The notes below the pieces were generated by a model that saw nothing but the letters and a program-made list of their open reading frames with translations, made no database searches and was not told the origin of the DNA. The position numbers and the translations under genes are program-made. DNA of 64,000 bases from Eukaryota sp. GEM-RC1 (lineage: Eukaryota). The stretch lies in the NCBI GenBank assembly GCA_040285855.1, contig JAUFOQ010000001.1:1426001-1490000 (forward strand), written 5' to 3'. Positions within the stretch are counted from its first letter, which is position 1; each line of letters begins with the position of its first letter. This document shows, piece after piece, positions 1-9,982 of this stretch.

Positions 1-290
1 CTCAGATATCGCAGAGTGGAATTCCTCGTACGTCGAGAACGAGGTGGTGGATCTCAGGTGATCCAAGAAAACCTCTTCAGAGGCATCAACCCCAGGCTTA
101 GTAAGAATCAAAGACTCTAGTAAAAGGGGTCGACGAGGAGCCTTGGCGGAACAAGGTCCTTTTTCGGGGTGACGGAAGAGTACACTTTCCACTGTTGTAG
201 GAACAGGAGTACGTCTTCTACATTCATGGAAGAAAGTGAGGGGAGAACTACACGGGTAGAAAACATCTGCAGTGAGGGTCAATAATTATT
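1..290 (-). mobile_element. Possible retroelement gag-like ORF 5' fragment running off the window start
   Basis: GC-richer open frame on the minus strand (..SMNVEDVLLFLQQWKVYSSVTP..FLDHLRSTT..); family guessed from character only. Confidence 0.25.
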
Positions 291-532
291 GTTGCCGTAA
301 GGTCAACGTTGATACAAATGGAAAGAAGAAGTGTTTATTGTTGCTAGAGATCCTTAAGAATAGATGCCACGTCATCAGAGGTGAAGATATCTACTAGGTA
401 TCGTTATCTTCACTAACAGTAGAAACCAACTGTATGCCCCCTTTTAACTTTTTTTGGACTTGGAGTGGATATACAGTAAAAGAAAGTGTTCTTATGAACA
501 AGACTTGTTAGAGTTACTCTGCATAAATCTCG

Positions 533-691
533 GTGTGACATATTGCAATATATTGGAAATATTTTGCAATGAATTGCAATTAACCCTTTGTTACAATAAA
601 TATATTGCCCATCAAAAGACGTGCATATTTATTGCAATATACTAGTAATTTATTTCAATATATTGCAATACAATTTATTTTTTCGATCCCT
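533..691. mobile_element. Degenerate MITE-like remnant with ATTGCAAT motifs (related pieces near 4155-4321 and 55705-55872)
   Basis: Repeated TATTGCAATA palindromes and a ...CCCTG end (CAGGG-type hAT terminus); no clean TSD. Confidence 0.35.
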
Positions 692-769
692 GCTGTAACA
701 CCAATGTTTAATTGACTCATATTCTGGTAATCATTCTCCTTGCTTCTCTTTCTACTCATACCTTTGATC

Positions 770-2473
770 ATGTCATTCTCTCTACCCTCAATAGAAACTC
801 TTTCTATCATTCTTGACGAACCCTTCCTCTCCAACCAAACCATTACATTTGGAGAAGAGTCCATTGAAGTTAATAAGTTCGTACTAGCAGCTCATTCCAC
901 GTACTTCCGATCCCTCTGGTTCTTGGAGTTTGGTGACAAGTTTGAGAAGCCCATTGACTTCTCCCATCTTCCCGTGAGTTCTGACAACTTCTTCGTTTTC
1001 CTTAAGTCCTTCTATGAACGATCTTTCACCCTCAACGAGAGCAATGCTTACGACTTCTTTTACCTCGTCCACTACTTCCAAGTGGACAAGCTCATTCACC
1101 ACGTCGAAAACCACCTCAACACTCATCTCATGACCTGGGCTTGGTTAAAACCATTCATTAAAGAAGCAGATGAAAGAAATGACTTGAGAGCTCTGGAATT
1201 CGTTGGTCGTTTCTTTTCTAAAATTGATGACTTGTTGATTGATGACGTGATGGCAATCACTACCGAAGGTTTTAAAACTCTTGTAAAATATTGGACGTCC
1301 GCTGAATCACAGTCGTGGTTCATTAAATCAATTGTGGAATCACTTTTGAATCAAAATTTTGATATGAGTGAATTTTTAAATATCCTAAATTCTTGCTCAA
1401 TTGAAGCCTTTTCTTTTCAACAATGGGATGATTTTCTGTTTGTTCCTTTAAAAGATGTTGAAGAATTGGAAGCCGATTTGATGAAGTTTTTGTTTACGAG
1501 AGTTAAGCATCTATATTTTGATTCGTTGGTTAAAGAAGTTTCTGATTTGAAGGAAGAAGTATCGGAATTAACTACCAAAATTACTGATGTAGAAAGTAAC
1601 AATTCTGAGTTAAACTCACTTACTACCGATTTAACAACGGAAGTTCAAGTCTTGAAGACAGAAAATTCTGGTTTATCCAAACAAGTTCATGATTCAAAAG
1701 AAGAAAACTCTCATTTGAAGACAGAAAATTCTGGTTTATCCAAACAAGTTCATGATTCAAAAGAAGAAAACTCTCATTTGAAGACAGAAAATTCTGGTTT
1801 ATCCAAACAAGTTCATGATTCAAAAGAAGAAAACTCTCATTTGAAGACAGAAAATTCTGCTTTATCCATGCAAATTCAGAATATAATTACCACAAATTCT
1901 CACTCTCTTAATGAAATTACTAAATTACAACAAGAAATTGAACAACTAAAAAAGATAGCTGCAGAAACTCAACTGATGTCCCAATCAGTTCCTCAATCAA
2001 AAATGATTAGATTCTCCTTAACTAAGAAACATTCTCAGTTACAAGTTAGTGGGGATAGAAAGAAAGTTGTTTTTGGAAGTAATGGTAGTTTTAGAAGTAT
2101 CTTGGGAGAAGATGGACTTCTTCCAGGTAATGTGTATGCTTGGAAGTTGAGGTACCAGGGGAATACTTGTAGGCTTTTGGTTGCAGTCATTGACGAGTCA
2201 AAGTTTAGTGTTGATTGTGGTTGTTATCAGAATGCTCACGGTATTTTCAATCATGATTCCGTTTATGGTTGTCTCTCAGGAGACAAAACTCAGTGGAATC
2301 CTGGTGAATTACTCGAAATCAATGTAAATTTAGTAAATAACACTTTAACAATCAAATCCGTGAGTAATTCTTCAATTAATCTTACTGGAACTCTTCCCAG
2401 GTTAAGTAGTGGTAATTATTATCCATTTGCTTTATTATGTTCTAGTGATCATGTACTTGAAATCGTTGATTAA
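770..2473 (+). CDS. BTB/POZ-helical-coiled-coil-SPRY/B30.2-like protein, copy A
   Basis: Conserved MSFSLPS start; BTB motif VNKFVLAAHSTYFRSL..LVHYFQV; heptad region; SPRY-like WKLRY..VAVID..WNPGELLEINVNL..YYPFA. Confidence 0.88.
   Translation: MSFSLPSIETLSIILDEPFLSNQTITFGEESIEVNKFVLAAHSTYFRSLWFLEFGDKFEKPIDFSHLPVSSDNFFVFLKSFYERSFTLNESNAYDFFYLVHYFQVDKLIHHVENHLNTHLMTWAWLKPFIKEADERNDLRALEFVGRFFSKIDDLLIDDVMAITTEGFKTLVKYWTSAESQSWFIKSIVESLLNQNFDMSEFLNILNSCSIEAFSFQQWDDFLFVPLKDVEELEADLMKFLFTRVKHLYFDSLVKEVSDLKEEVSELTTKITDVESNNSELNSLTTDLTTEVQVLKTENSGLSKQVHDSKEENSHLKTENSGLSKQVHDSKEENSHLKTENSGLSKQVHDSKEENSHLKTENSALSMQIQNIITTNSHSLNEITKLQQEIEQLKKIAAETQLMSQSVPQSKMIRFSLTKKHSQLQVSGDRKKVVFGSNGSFRSILGEDGLLPGNVYAWKLRYQGNTCRLLVAVIDESKFSVDCGCYQNAHGIFNHDSVYGCLSGDKTQWNPGELLEINVNLVNNTLTIKSVSNSSINLTGTLPRLSSGNYYPFALLCSSDHVLEIVD
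1652..1859 (+). repeat. 63-nt perfect tandem repeat x3.3 (LKTENSGLSKQVHDSKEENSH) in the coiled coil of copy A
   Basis: Units start at 1652, 1715, 1778 and 1841. Confidence 0.97.
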
Positions 2474-3574
2474 AGTTGATAACATTGTCATTGTGGGTAA
2501 GTCTCCTCATTTTAAGCAGTGGTTCAAATTAATTTAGTGAATTCTTAAACCATCAACTTCTAAAAGTTTCGATTCAGGAATTTATGTCAACTGTTTTGCT
2601 GTTTGTTTGTTTCTGTTATAGATTATCAATCAGTCATATTCGTTGGTCCGTGAACTAAATAACATCTCTATTGTATTATAAATAACATCTCTTCATTGTA
2701 CTCAGTTAACTTGACTGAGATCGTTGCCTAAAAAAAGATGATCATATCCATACAGTATAATTGTCTCGTACTGAGTAAGCCGAGTTATCCCTAGCGTGTT
2801 AAGTGTTTTGCAGTTGATCATGAAGGATTATTTTTACTGAAGTAATGAATACGTCATAGAATTCTTGATAAAACAAATTAGTATCGTACTTTGAATTTTC
2901 AATCACTTGTTTTGAAAATTTGATAAGAAAAAACGGATTTATGTGTGGAGAAAAACACACAACAAGGAAGCAACAAACAAATGAGGACTATTAAACCAAA
3001 TTATCAAATGAACTCCGCAATTCCGAAAAGTAAATTTCAAATGTTACAAGAAGAATCGATGATAAGCTAAGAAAGCCCGAGAAGAAGAAGAGTTTAACTA
3101 CAAAGTAGGGGTTTGTGGTTTTGTATTATAATTTATTTTTAAAAGTCATCAATGCTGGGTAAGATAATGGGGTTTCTAGTGGCAATTTGATCTACCTTCA
3201 CTGTTCTTTGAATAATTGGTGAATTATTTAACAATTTTGTTCTTATCAGAGTTGTTGTCACTTTTTGTTCCAATCTTTTACTATTTAAATTATTTAAATT
3301 TAAAGAATTACCTGTTAGTTTGTTTTTCCCAAAAGACAATCCTTTAATTAGCGGTTTGCTAGTATTCGATGTTTTCATTTTCGAGATTGGAAGTTTCAAG
3401 GCACTCGTTTGCGGTCTCTGTATTTCTGATATAGGTTTTGCCTTGTTTTGTTGAATGATTTTGTAAGGAGATGGTGGAATCTCCACTTCTTTGTGTTCAA
3501 TCCTTGCCTTTTTAACTGCTCTTTCTTCTTTAGGACTTGCTCTTACCTCCACTTTAGGACTGGGCTTTGGTGGT

Positions 3575-3815
3575 ATTTTCCACCAAATTTGAAAGTTTTC
3601 AGTAGAAGAACCGAAATAGCCATACAAAGATACCACAAACGGATGAAAGACAATATTATTGTATCTTCGAGACTTCAATTCGTTAACGTGTTGTACGTAC
3701 TTACACTCTAGCGTTCTCGGCGTCACTCAGTCGATCATTTGAAGTACTCAAAATTTTTGCAATATCTGAACAACTGCAAAGGTCAATAGTCTTGAAATCA
3801 ACTACAAAGAGAATA
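3575..3815 (-). mobile_element. 3' remnant (RLE endonuclease region) of CRE-like non-LTR retroelement
   Basis: KYVQHVNELKSRRYNNIVFHPFVVSLYGYFG aligns with RYGELISNMNSRRHNPFVFHPFAISLYGTFG at ~17760-17860. Confidence 0.75.
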
Positions 3816-5049
3816 AAGACTTTATAGATTATTTCATCAAATTGAATCTATTATATATCAGTACAGAACATACTAGTAGTTGTACATCACAATACTACAA
3901 AAATCTTCTATTCAGGTCAAAGTTGTGATAGGAGATCATATCATTTTCATGGTGATCATTGATGTGGTATTAAATGTTAAGATGTTAGCTGATTAAGGAC
4001 TGTTAAATAATAAAGTTTATTCATCAAACACATCATCTATACAGTATTAAACAATACCTGTGTATTACATTAGTTAACGCTAAAACGGTGAAAAATTATA
4101 TCTAACCTGTGTTAAAATGCGTGTTGCGTGTGTACTGAGTACAGTGTCAGTGGCAGGGATGCGAAAAAATATATATATTTAAATAAATTATTGTTCACGA
4201 CGAAAATAAATACAGTCTTCATATGTATAATGTTTTTGTTGTGGCCAACAATAAATATATTGGTATTGTCAAGTTTGGAAATAAATAAGTGTATTTATTG
4301 GCAATATTTCTGCGCAATCCCATGACTCATTTTGTTGTGGTCTATTCGTCATCATCCGTTTACAATCTCCTTCATTGTCCAACAACCAAGTCAAGGGTTA
4401 GTATTAAGACTTTTGCGAACAATATCTTCACCATAGATTAGAGTTATACATCAATAAAAGTTGTTTTTCCAGACTTGATGTGTGTGGTTTTGTGCGAAGG
4501 GTTTCAGCAGTCCCGTTAGTACGACAAAAAAGTCCTTCGATTTGCTTGGATGTACCTGTTTTGAGTGTAAAGTGAGATTTGGATTAATGAGAATCAGTGA
4601 CATTTTCCAAACGCTCTGGTATGTCCCACGCAACTCGTCCTTCACTGAATGTTTCTCACTCTTACGGTCATCAGTTCTTGATTGTCGTTTAGACTTTGTT
4701 GAACTACATCAGTTCAAAAGCCAAACAGTCAACAATTTGACGTAAACAAATAGTATACTCTATTATTTTTGTGTCTAGATTGTTTTTTTTACCAAATTGA
4801 CAGTTCTTCAGAGGACTACTGCACCCACAACGCATCTTGTTTACTCCAAAAATGGATGCAAAATTGAATATTACATCAAACAAATGATTTTAGAAATGAA
4901 AAATATTGCCACAAGGACTCCAATAAAAGAATTAGTCAATTGTTTGTTTGTATTGTAGTTATTGTTGTTTGTGTAAACTCTACTCCAATAAGTCACAAAC
5001 AAACAGTGTACAAATTTTCTCATTGACATATCCTTTCGCTTTACTTCTA

Positions 5050-5239
5050 ATGTCATTCTCTCTACCCTCAATCGAAACTCTTTCCATCATTCTAGATGAA
5101 CCCTTCCTTTCTAACCAAACCATTACATTTGGAGAAGAATCTATTGACGTTAACAAGTTCGTACTATCAGCTCATTCCACGTACTTCCGATCCCTCTGGT
5201 TGTTGGAGTTTGGGGACAAGCTTGAGAACCTCATCGACT
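5050..5239 (+). pseudogene. BTB-SPRY family copy B, 5' fragment only
   Basis: MSFSLPSIETL..FGDKLENLID, after which homology stops. Confidence 0.9.
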
Positions 5240-5689
5240 GTGCAATTTGCAAACATCAAATTTTATCAAAACAAAAAGAAATGCATTGTTCAACTCTAAA
5301 TTTCCCAATCACGTGCAGGAGAACAGATACTACATCTGCTCTCTAGAGACAAGCTAATAAATTCAATTGGTGATTTTTTTTATAAACAACATGAAACGTG
5401 CTTGATTGTAAAAACAAATAGTTAAGGAGATTCAAAGAAATACTCTAACCTAAGAGAAGAATGCAATGCAAAGTTCTTGCTAAACCCCAGAAAAAGGTCG
5501 ATCGACGTCGCTGCCAAAGGATGGACATGAGAAAGTACTGTCTTTGATTAGAGCTACTCGAGAGGCCGGGGGCAAGATTTCTCCTCTTCCCGTAGTCGCC
5601 ATAGGAAACGCCGCTACCAAGAATTTCAATTATGGTCATTTGTTGATCTAAAACGGAGGAAGCATTGAGTTGTCTTTAGATTGGACTGA

Positions 5690-6030
5690 AGGTATTCTTT
5701 GAAACTCACTAAAGTGGAAGACCAGAAACGCGACTGGTGACAGAAAATTAACTGATCAACAATACAACTTAAGAGTCCAAGAGATCCAATTAGTGGTCGA
5801 TTAACTTGATTGTCATCAACCTGATTTAGTTATAATCGCAAATGAAACACTAGCGCCTTGGTGTCCTGTTGATGGAACAACTTATACTGAACGTGGTACG
5901 AGAAGGGTTCATATTCAATCAGAAAATGATAAACATGGTTGTACGACTACTCTATCAGTTACTAAAAGTGATGAATTGCTGCCAGCCCAAATCATCTGGA
6001 CAGGATTAACTGAAAGATCCATTCCAAATG
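5690..6030 (+). mobile_element. pogo/Tigger-like (DDE_1) transposase remnant at the start of a ~1-kb block repeated at ~14560 and ~28755
   Basis: NETLAPWCP..TTYTERGTRRVHIQSENDK(H/R)GCTTTLSVTKS.ELLPAQIIWTG resembles the DDE_1 N-terminal motif. Confidence 0.65.
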
Positions 6031-6912
6031 GATGCTGCATTTGAGGAGACAGATCCTCACACTACATTCGTCCAGAATGTAATAAAAAGTGTTTTCATTG
6101 TCTAACAAATAAGCTGTAACATGTACTCGGTTCAGAACAGCATCGATTTTGGTTTTCAAATTTCTTCTTATTTCTTTTTTTTGGTCGATTGCACATGTTT
6201 TAGACATCCAACAGGAAAAAAACTCTAAACTTGAACCCATTGCTCCTTGTCAAAATACGTAACTCGTCTCTACATTGAAGTCTTACAAGAAATGCAATCA
6301 TAATACATATATATGTTCCCAAACATCACACACGCATTTTGTTGGGAATGATTCCATTCGAGTACAAAAACTTTGAAGAAGAATCTGACTTCTTAGAAGG
6401 TAGCGTATTGGTTCTAGCTTTTAATTATGGGTGTATTAGTTCAATAATACATCATTTAATATATATTAAGAGGCCCTGGTTATAGCTTTCTTACGCTGAT
6501 GTTATTATTGAGCCACCAGTTTGTCAATGTCGTATATCCCCTCAGTTACAATTTGTTCCTTGTAGTTACTATATTTTGTATTGTTTTTAGTATTGTGTGC
6601 TTGTATTTCGAAAAAGAAGAATAATGGCCAAAGACTTCGAATTGTAGATATTTTCCCCATTACATTGTACACAGACCAACATTATGACTTAATTTAATTG
6701 ACAAAGTAAATATTAAACAAGAGGCAACCTAAATATACAACTAAATATACATAAATTCACAAAATTGACTAAATGTACAAAAGACAAACACGACAATTCT
6801 TGATGACGTTTGGAGTTTCCTTCCTTCTTCTGTTCTTTAATTCTGCTTCTTCTGTTATTGGTCTTTCTTATGTCTGTCCCAGTTCCCTCCTAAACAACTG
6901 TTCCTCCCTTGT

Positions 6913-7824
6913 TTGTGTTTGATACTAAAGACAGGCTGCGGACTTTGTGAGGCAACAGTAGACGAACTTGCCCTCAAAGAAATGATGTCCCTACATCTGC
7001 TAGACAAGTTACAAGAACTAGAGTTTTATGTCACTTCTTTTCTTCCAGTTCACAACGCTTCATGCAATACAGTGCCTATAGAACATGTTCCGATGTTCTT
7101 CCGTCGCCTCGAAGATTGTGACCCACAGTCTGTTTTCAGGTTGTTCATTACTCACTATAATGCAACTGTGTCTTCTTTAAAAGTCCACCCTGATTCTGTT
7201 TCGGAATTCTTCTGGATGTCCGGAACGAATAAGAAGAGAAGCTGTACCCGGCATATCCTCCAAAAAAAGCTCAAGAAAGGATTAGATGAACCCGGCGAGC
7301 CTTGCCTTCATCTCAAGGTTGTTTTTTCAAATATATCAATCTCCAAATACAGAACTTTTATTGAAAGCAGACAAAATCGTATCCTAGAAGATGAAATTGT
7401 TACTGTGGATGAACTGATACACATCCATTCTGCCAATTGGTCTGCTGATGACCACACCTGGGAAACATTCGCCAATCTTTGTAACCACGGTCGAGCTAAT
7501 AAACAAACGATTCCTCTCGAGCTCTTTGATTACTCTAGCAAAATTATTGTTGATTTTGACCAACACAGCTCCGTTGTTTTGCATGACTTAGTCGGAGAGG
7601 TCACTCAGTTCCTGCAAAGAAGAATGGCCGTAATGGTTGCTGACGTATACGACACTCTGAACACCATGCGTACGTTGCTGATCTGCGATACTGAAAGAAA
7701 AATATTGCTTTTTGGGTCGCGGAACTCCTCTCAAGCCAATTTCTCCGAAGCTGCGCTACAGCGGTTCCGAGAAATTGAAGACGCGGAAGATTGGGCTCAT
7801 CAAACAAGTTCAGATGACGATTAA
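6913..7824 (+). CDS. Hypothetical protein (~280-300 aa, likely ATG 6982), convergent with a Tc1/IS630-like transposase
   Basis: Uninterrupted ORF with no recognised domain; lies in a segment absent from the homologous unit at ~29770-29942. Confidence 0.6.
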   Translation: MCLILKTGCGLCEATVDELALKEMMSLHLLDKLQELEFYVTSFLPVHNASCNTVPIEHVPMFFRRLEDCDPQSVFRLFITHYNATVSSLKVHPDSVSEFFWMSGTNKKRSCTRHILQKKLKKGLDEPGEPCLHLKVVFSNISISKYRTFIESRQNRILEDEIVTVDELIHIHSANWSADDHTWETFANLCNHGRANKQTIPLELFDYSSKIIVDFDQHSSVVLHDLVGEVTQFLQRRMAVMVADVYDTLNTMRTLLICDTERKILLFGSRNSSQANFSEAALQRFREIEDAEDWAHQTSSDDD

Positions 7825-7849
7825 CAAAAAAAATAAAGTGCTTTAAAGT

Positions 7850-9068
7850 TACCTATTCTATATATCTAAAGAGTTCAGGATGAGTTAAATATGGAGACTG
7901 GTAGACAGATGCATGTTTCCAACCAGCATGATTGAGTTTCTTCGAACAATCTACCCGAGGGTTCTCCAGACAATGCTAAATGGTTTGAAGATGTGAAAAC
8001 TTGTTTTCGGGTTGGTACAGAACTTCTCGCACTTTACACCTCCAATCTTTAAAAAAAGCTTCGATTGGGATCATTTCAGGACAGTAAGGGGGAATGATAA
8101 GATAATCCACTCCCGAAAGTTCCAAAGCCGTCTTTATGTTCTGATGAACGTGAATCCTGCATCCGCCAAGAACAACAATGCAATTTTTGCTACCTCTCCT
8201 CTTACTCCTAACAAGCCGGACCGCATCAAAGTATACAGAAATTGCAGGAAATCATGACGACTAAAGTGACATTGCTTCAAGATGCTGTGAATATAGCCGT
8301 CTACACCCATAGCTACCATAAAACTTACTTGGCGTTCCTTAAACTTCGGTCTCGTTTCAGCAACCATTTGTTCTTTAGGAGATCTACCATGCGTTCGTTG
8401 ACTAGATTCAACCCTAAAGCTTAATTCATCAATAAAAATAAGCTGTCTGTGTACTACAACACCAAAATTGTTTCTGAAAGTAGTGCTAAACAAGTGTATC
8501 AACGAAGCTCTGGCAAGTTTTACGATAACCTGAGCTCTTCTTCTGGTCCACCTTCGTTCACGAACTAAACACCTGTTGTTGATGGATGGACCTTCTTCTG
8601 TCTGTAGGTTTGGACAAGTTTAGTGATTTCATGTAGAAAGAGAAGAGGGCGTTGGGTAAGTACAGCTTCAATAAAAGTTCCATCAGCTTCGTCCAATATA
8701 GTTCTGGATTCTGCAACCATTACGTCATTGGGATCAAACAACTTCCTAATCCAGTTACTTATTGTCGTTTGATGTACCCAGAAGACCTGTGCAATGACTG
8801 TCTGAGTTTTGCCGAGGGAAGAAGTAAGAGTACATGGCATGTACTCTAATATCAGCAGTGGTGTGATATCTCAGCTGCTTTATATCAGTGACTGCAACAT
8901 CATCTAAGCGTCGTAAGTCTCTACGAAGTTGTGGAAGATCACGATATTGCAAAAGGAGATCAGTTTTATAAGGCATAAAGGAAATAAGAGATGTGAACAA
9001 ATATGGGAGAATAAAATTGGGAATTGGGAGGGTGAAAAAGTGTTAAGCACCCGAATTACAAACCACAG
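7850..9068 (-). mobile_element. Tc1/IS630-like DD34E transposase pseudogene
   Basis: HTH (IAQVFWVHQTTISNWI), LIFIDE, VVLgGCRIH..IPPYCPEMIPIE (second Asp mutated to Gly); several frameshifts; ends next to TA 9069-9070. Confidence 0.85.
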
Positions 9069-9279
9069 TAGATACATTGGCTGATTCTCAATTTGAACAT
9101 CTGATGTAAAAAACAGAATCGTGACCAGAGAAGTACTGCTTTACGGAGCGAACAAATGAAAAACATACATCCACCATATGACCAAATATAGTAATAAATA
9201 CGGAAAATCACGATTTCCCAATTACATACTGAAAATTTCTTTCATTATTCTAATTTGATATCAATAATATCATTGAAAA

Positions 9280-9760
9280 AGACAAATGAACACGTACATA
9301 AGGTTAAACAGATCTGAAAAAGAACTAAAAGATTTGTTCAAAAACTCCAAAACAGTGTGACTACCCCACATTGATTCAAATTTTCAAAATAAGTGAAGAG
9401 CAACAACGAAACTGCTCAACTCTAAATTAAAAAAAAATTTCTTCTCAATGAAGAAAACAGACTGTACCTCTACTACAAAGAGATGAGCAAATGAATGTAA
9501 TTGAGGTCGGTTTTGATGCAACACATGAAACGTATTTGATTGAAGAAACAAGTTGACTGATTGATGAGGAGATTCGATGGTTGTCATAGCCAACTTGTGA
9601 AAGAATGATGACAATTCTTGCTTCCAAATGACGAAGAACAAAGTAATATCTCCATGATTGAGGTTGAGAGAGGACTGTAAATTCAAGCAAGTTGAGATAG
9701 ATCAGTGATAATATAGACTACTTGAAACGTAAGTACTTGGAGGAAGACGTAAGCAATGAG
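9280..9760 (-). pseudogene. Decayed 5' end of an LRR-family gene, head-to-head with copy C
   Basis: Frame-shifted translation SSKYLRFK*SILSLIYLNLL..ELSSFFHKVG..ESPHQSVNLFLQSNTFHV..SVFLH..LEFLNKS matches the N-terminus of the LRR ORF at 42632. Confidence 0.75.
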
Positions 9761-9982
9761 AACGAATCAGACATTGTGTCAGAGATAGGTTGCGGGAAGG
9801 AGATACTAGAAGAGGAGGAAACATTGAACACTTAACTGCTAGTAAGTGTTACATTATCATCAAATGAATGACTACTCTTCATTGGAGGTTCATGAATAGA
9901 CATGTAGTTTTGTTAAAAGGCCACAAAATCATTGGTCTCCCGTTTTAGTCTCAGTTACTTATCTCCTTCTCTATTGCTTCTA

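Noticed and set aside
740..769. Signal peptides on the BTB proteins (hydrophobic ORF extensions)
   Set aside because: They arise mostly from non-ATG starts in pyrimidine-rich leaders and differ among copies; conservation begins at MSFSLPS
655..1823. Recurrent antisense ORFs over the BTB genes
   Set aside because: Shadow ORFs repeated only because the sense genes are duplicated
6913..7824. Fanzor/TnpB nuclease beside the IS630-like transposase
   Set aside because: No RuvC D/E/D motifs or C-terminal zinc finger recognisable
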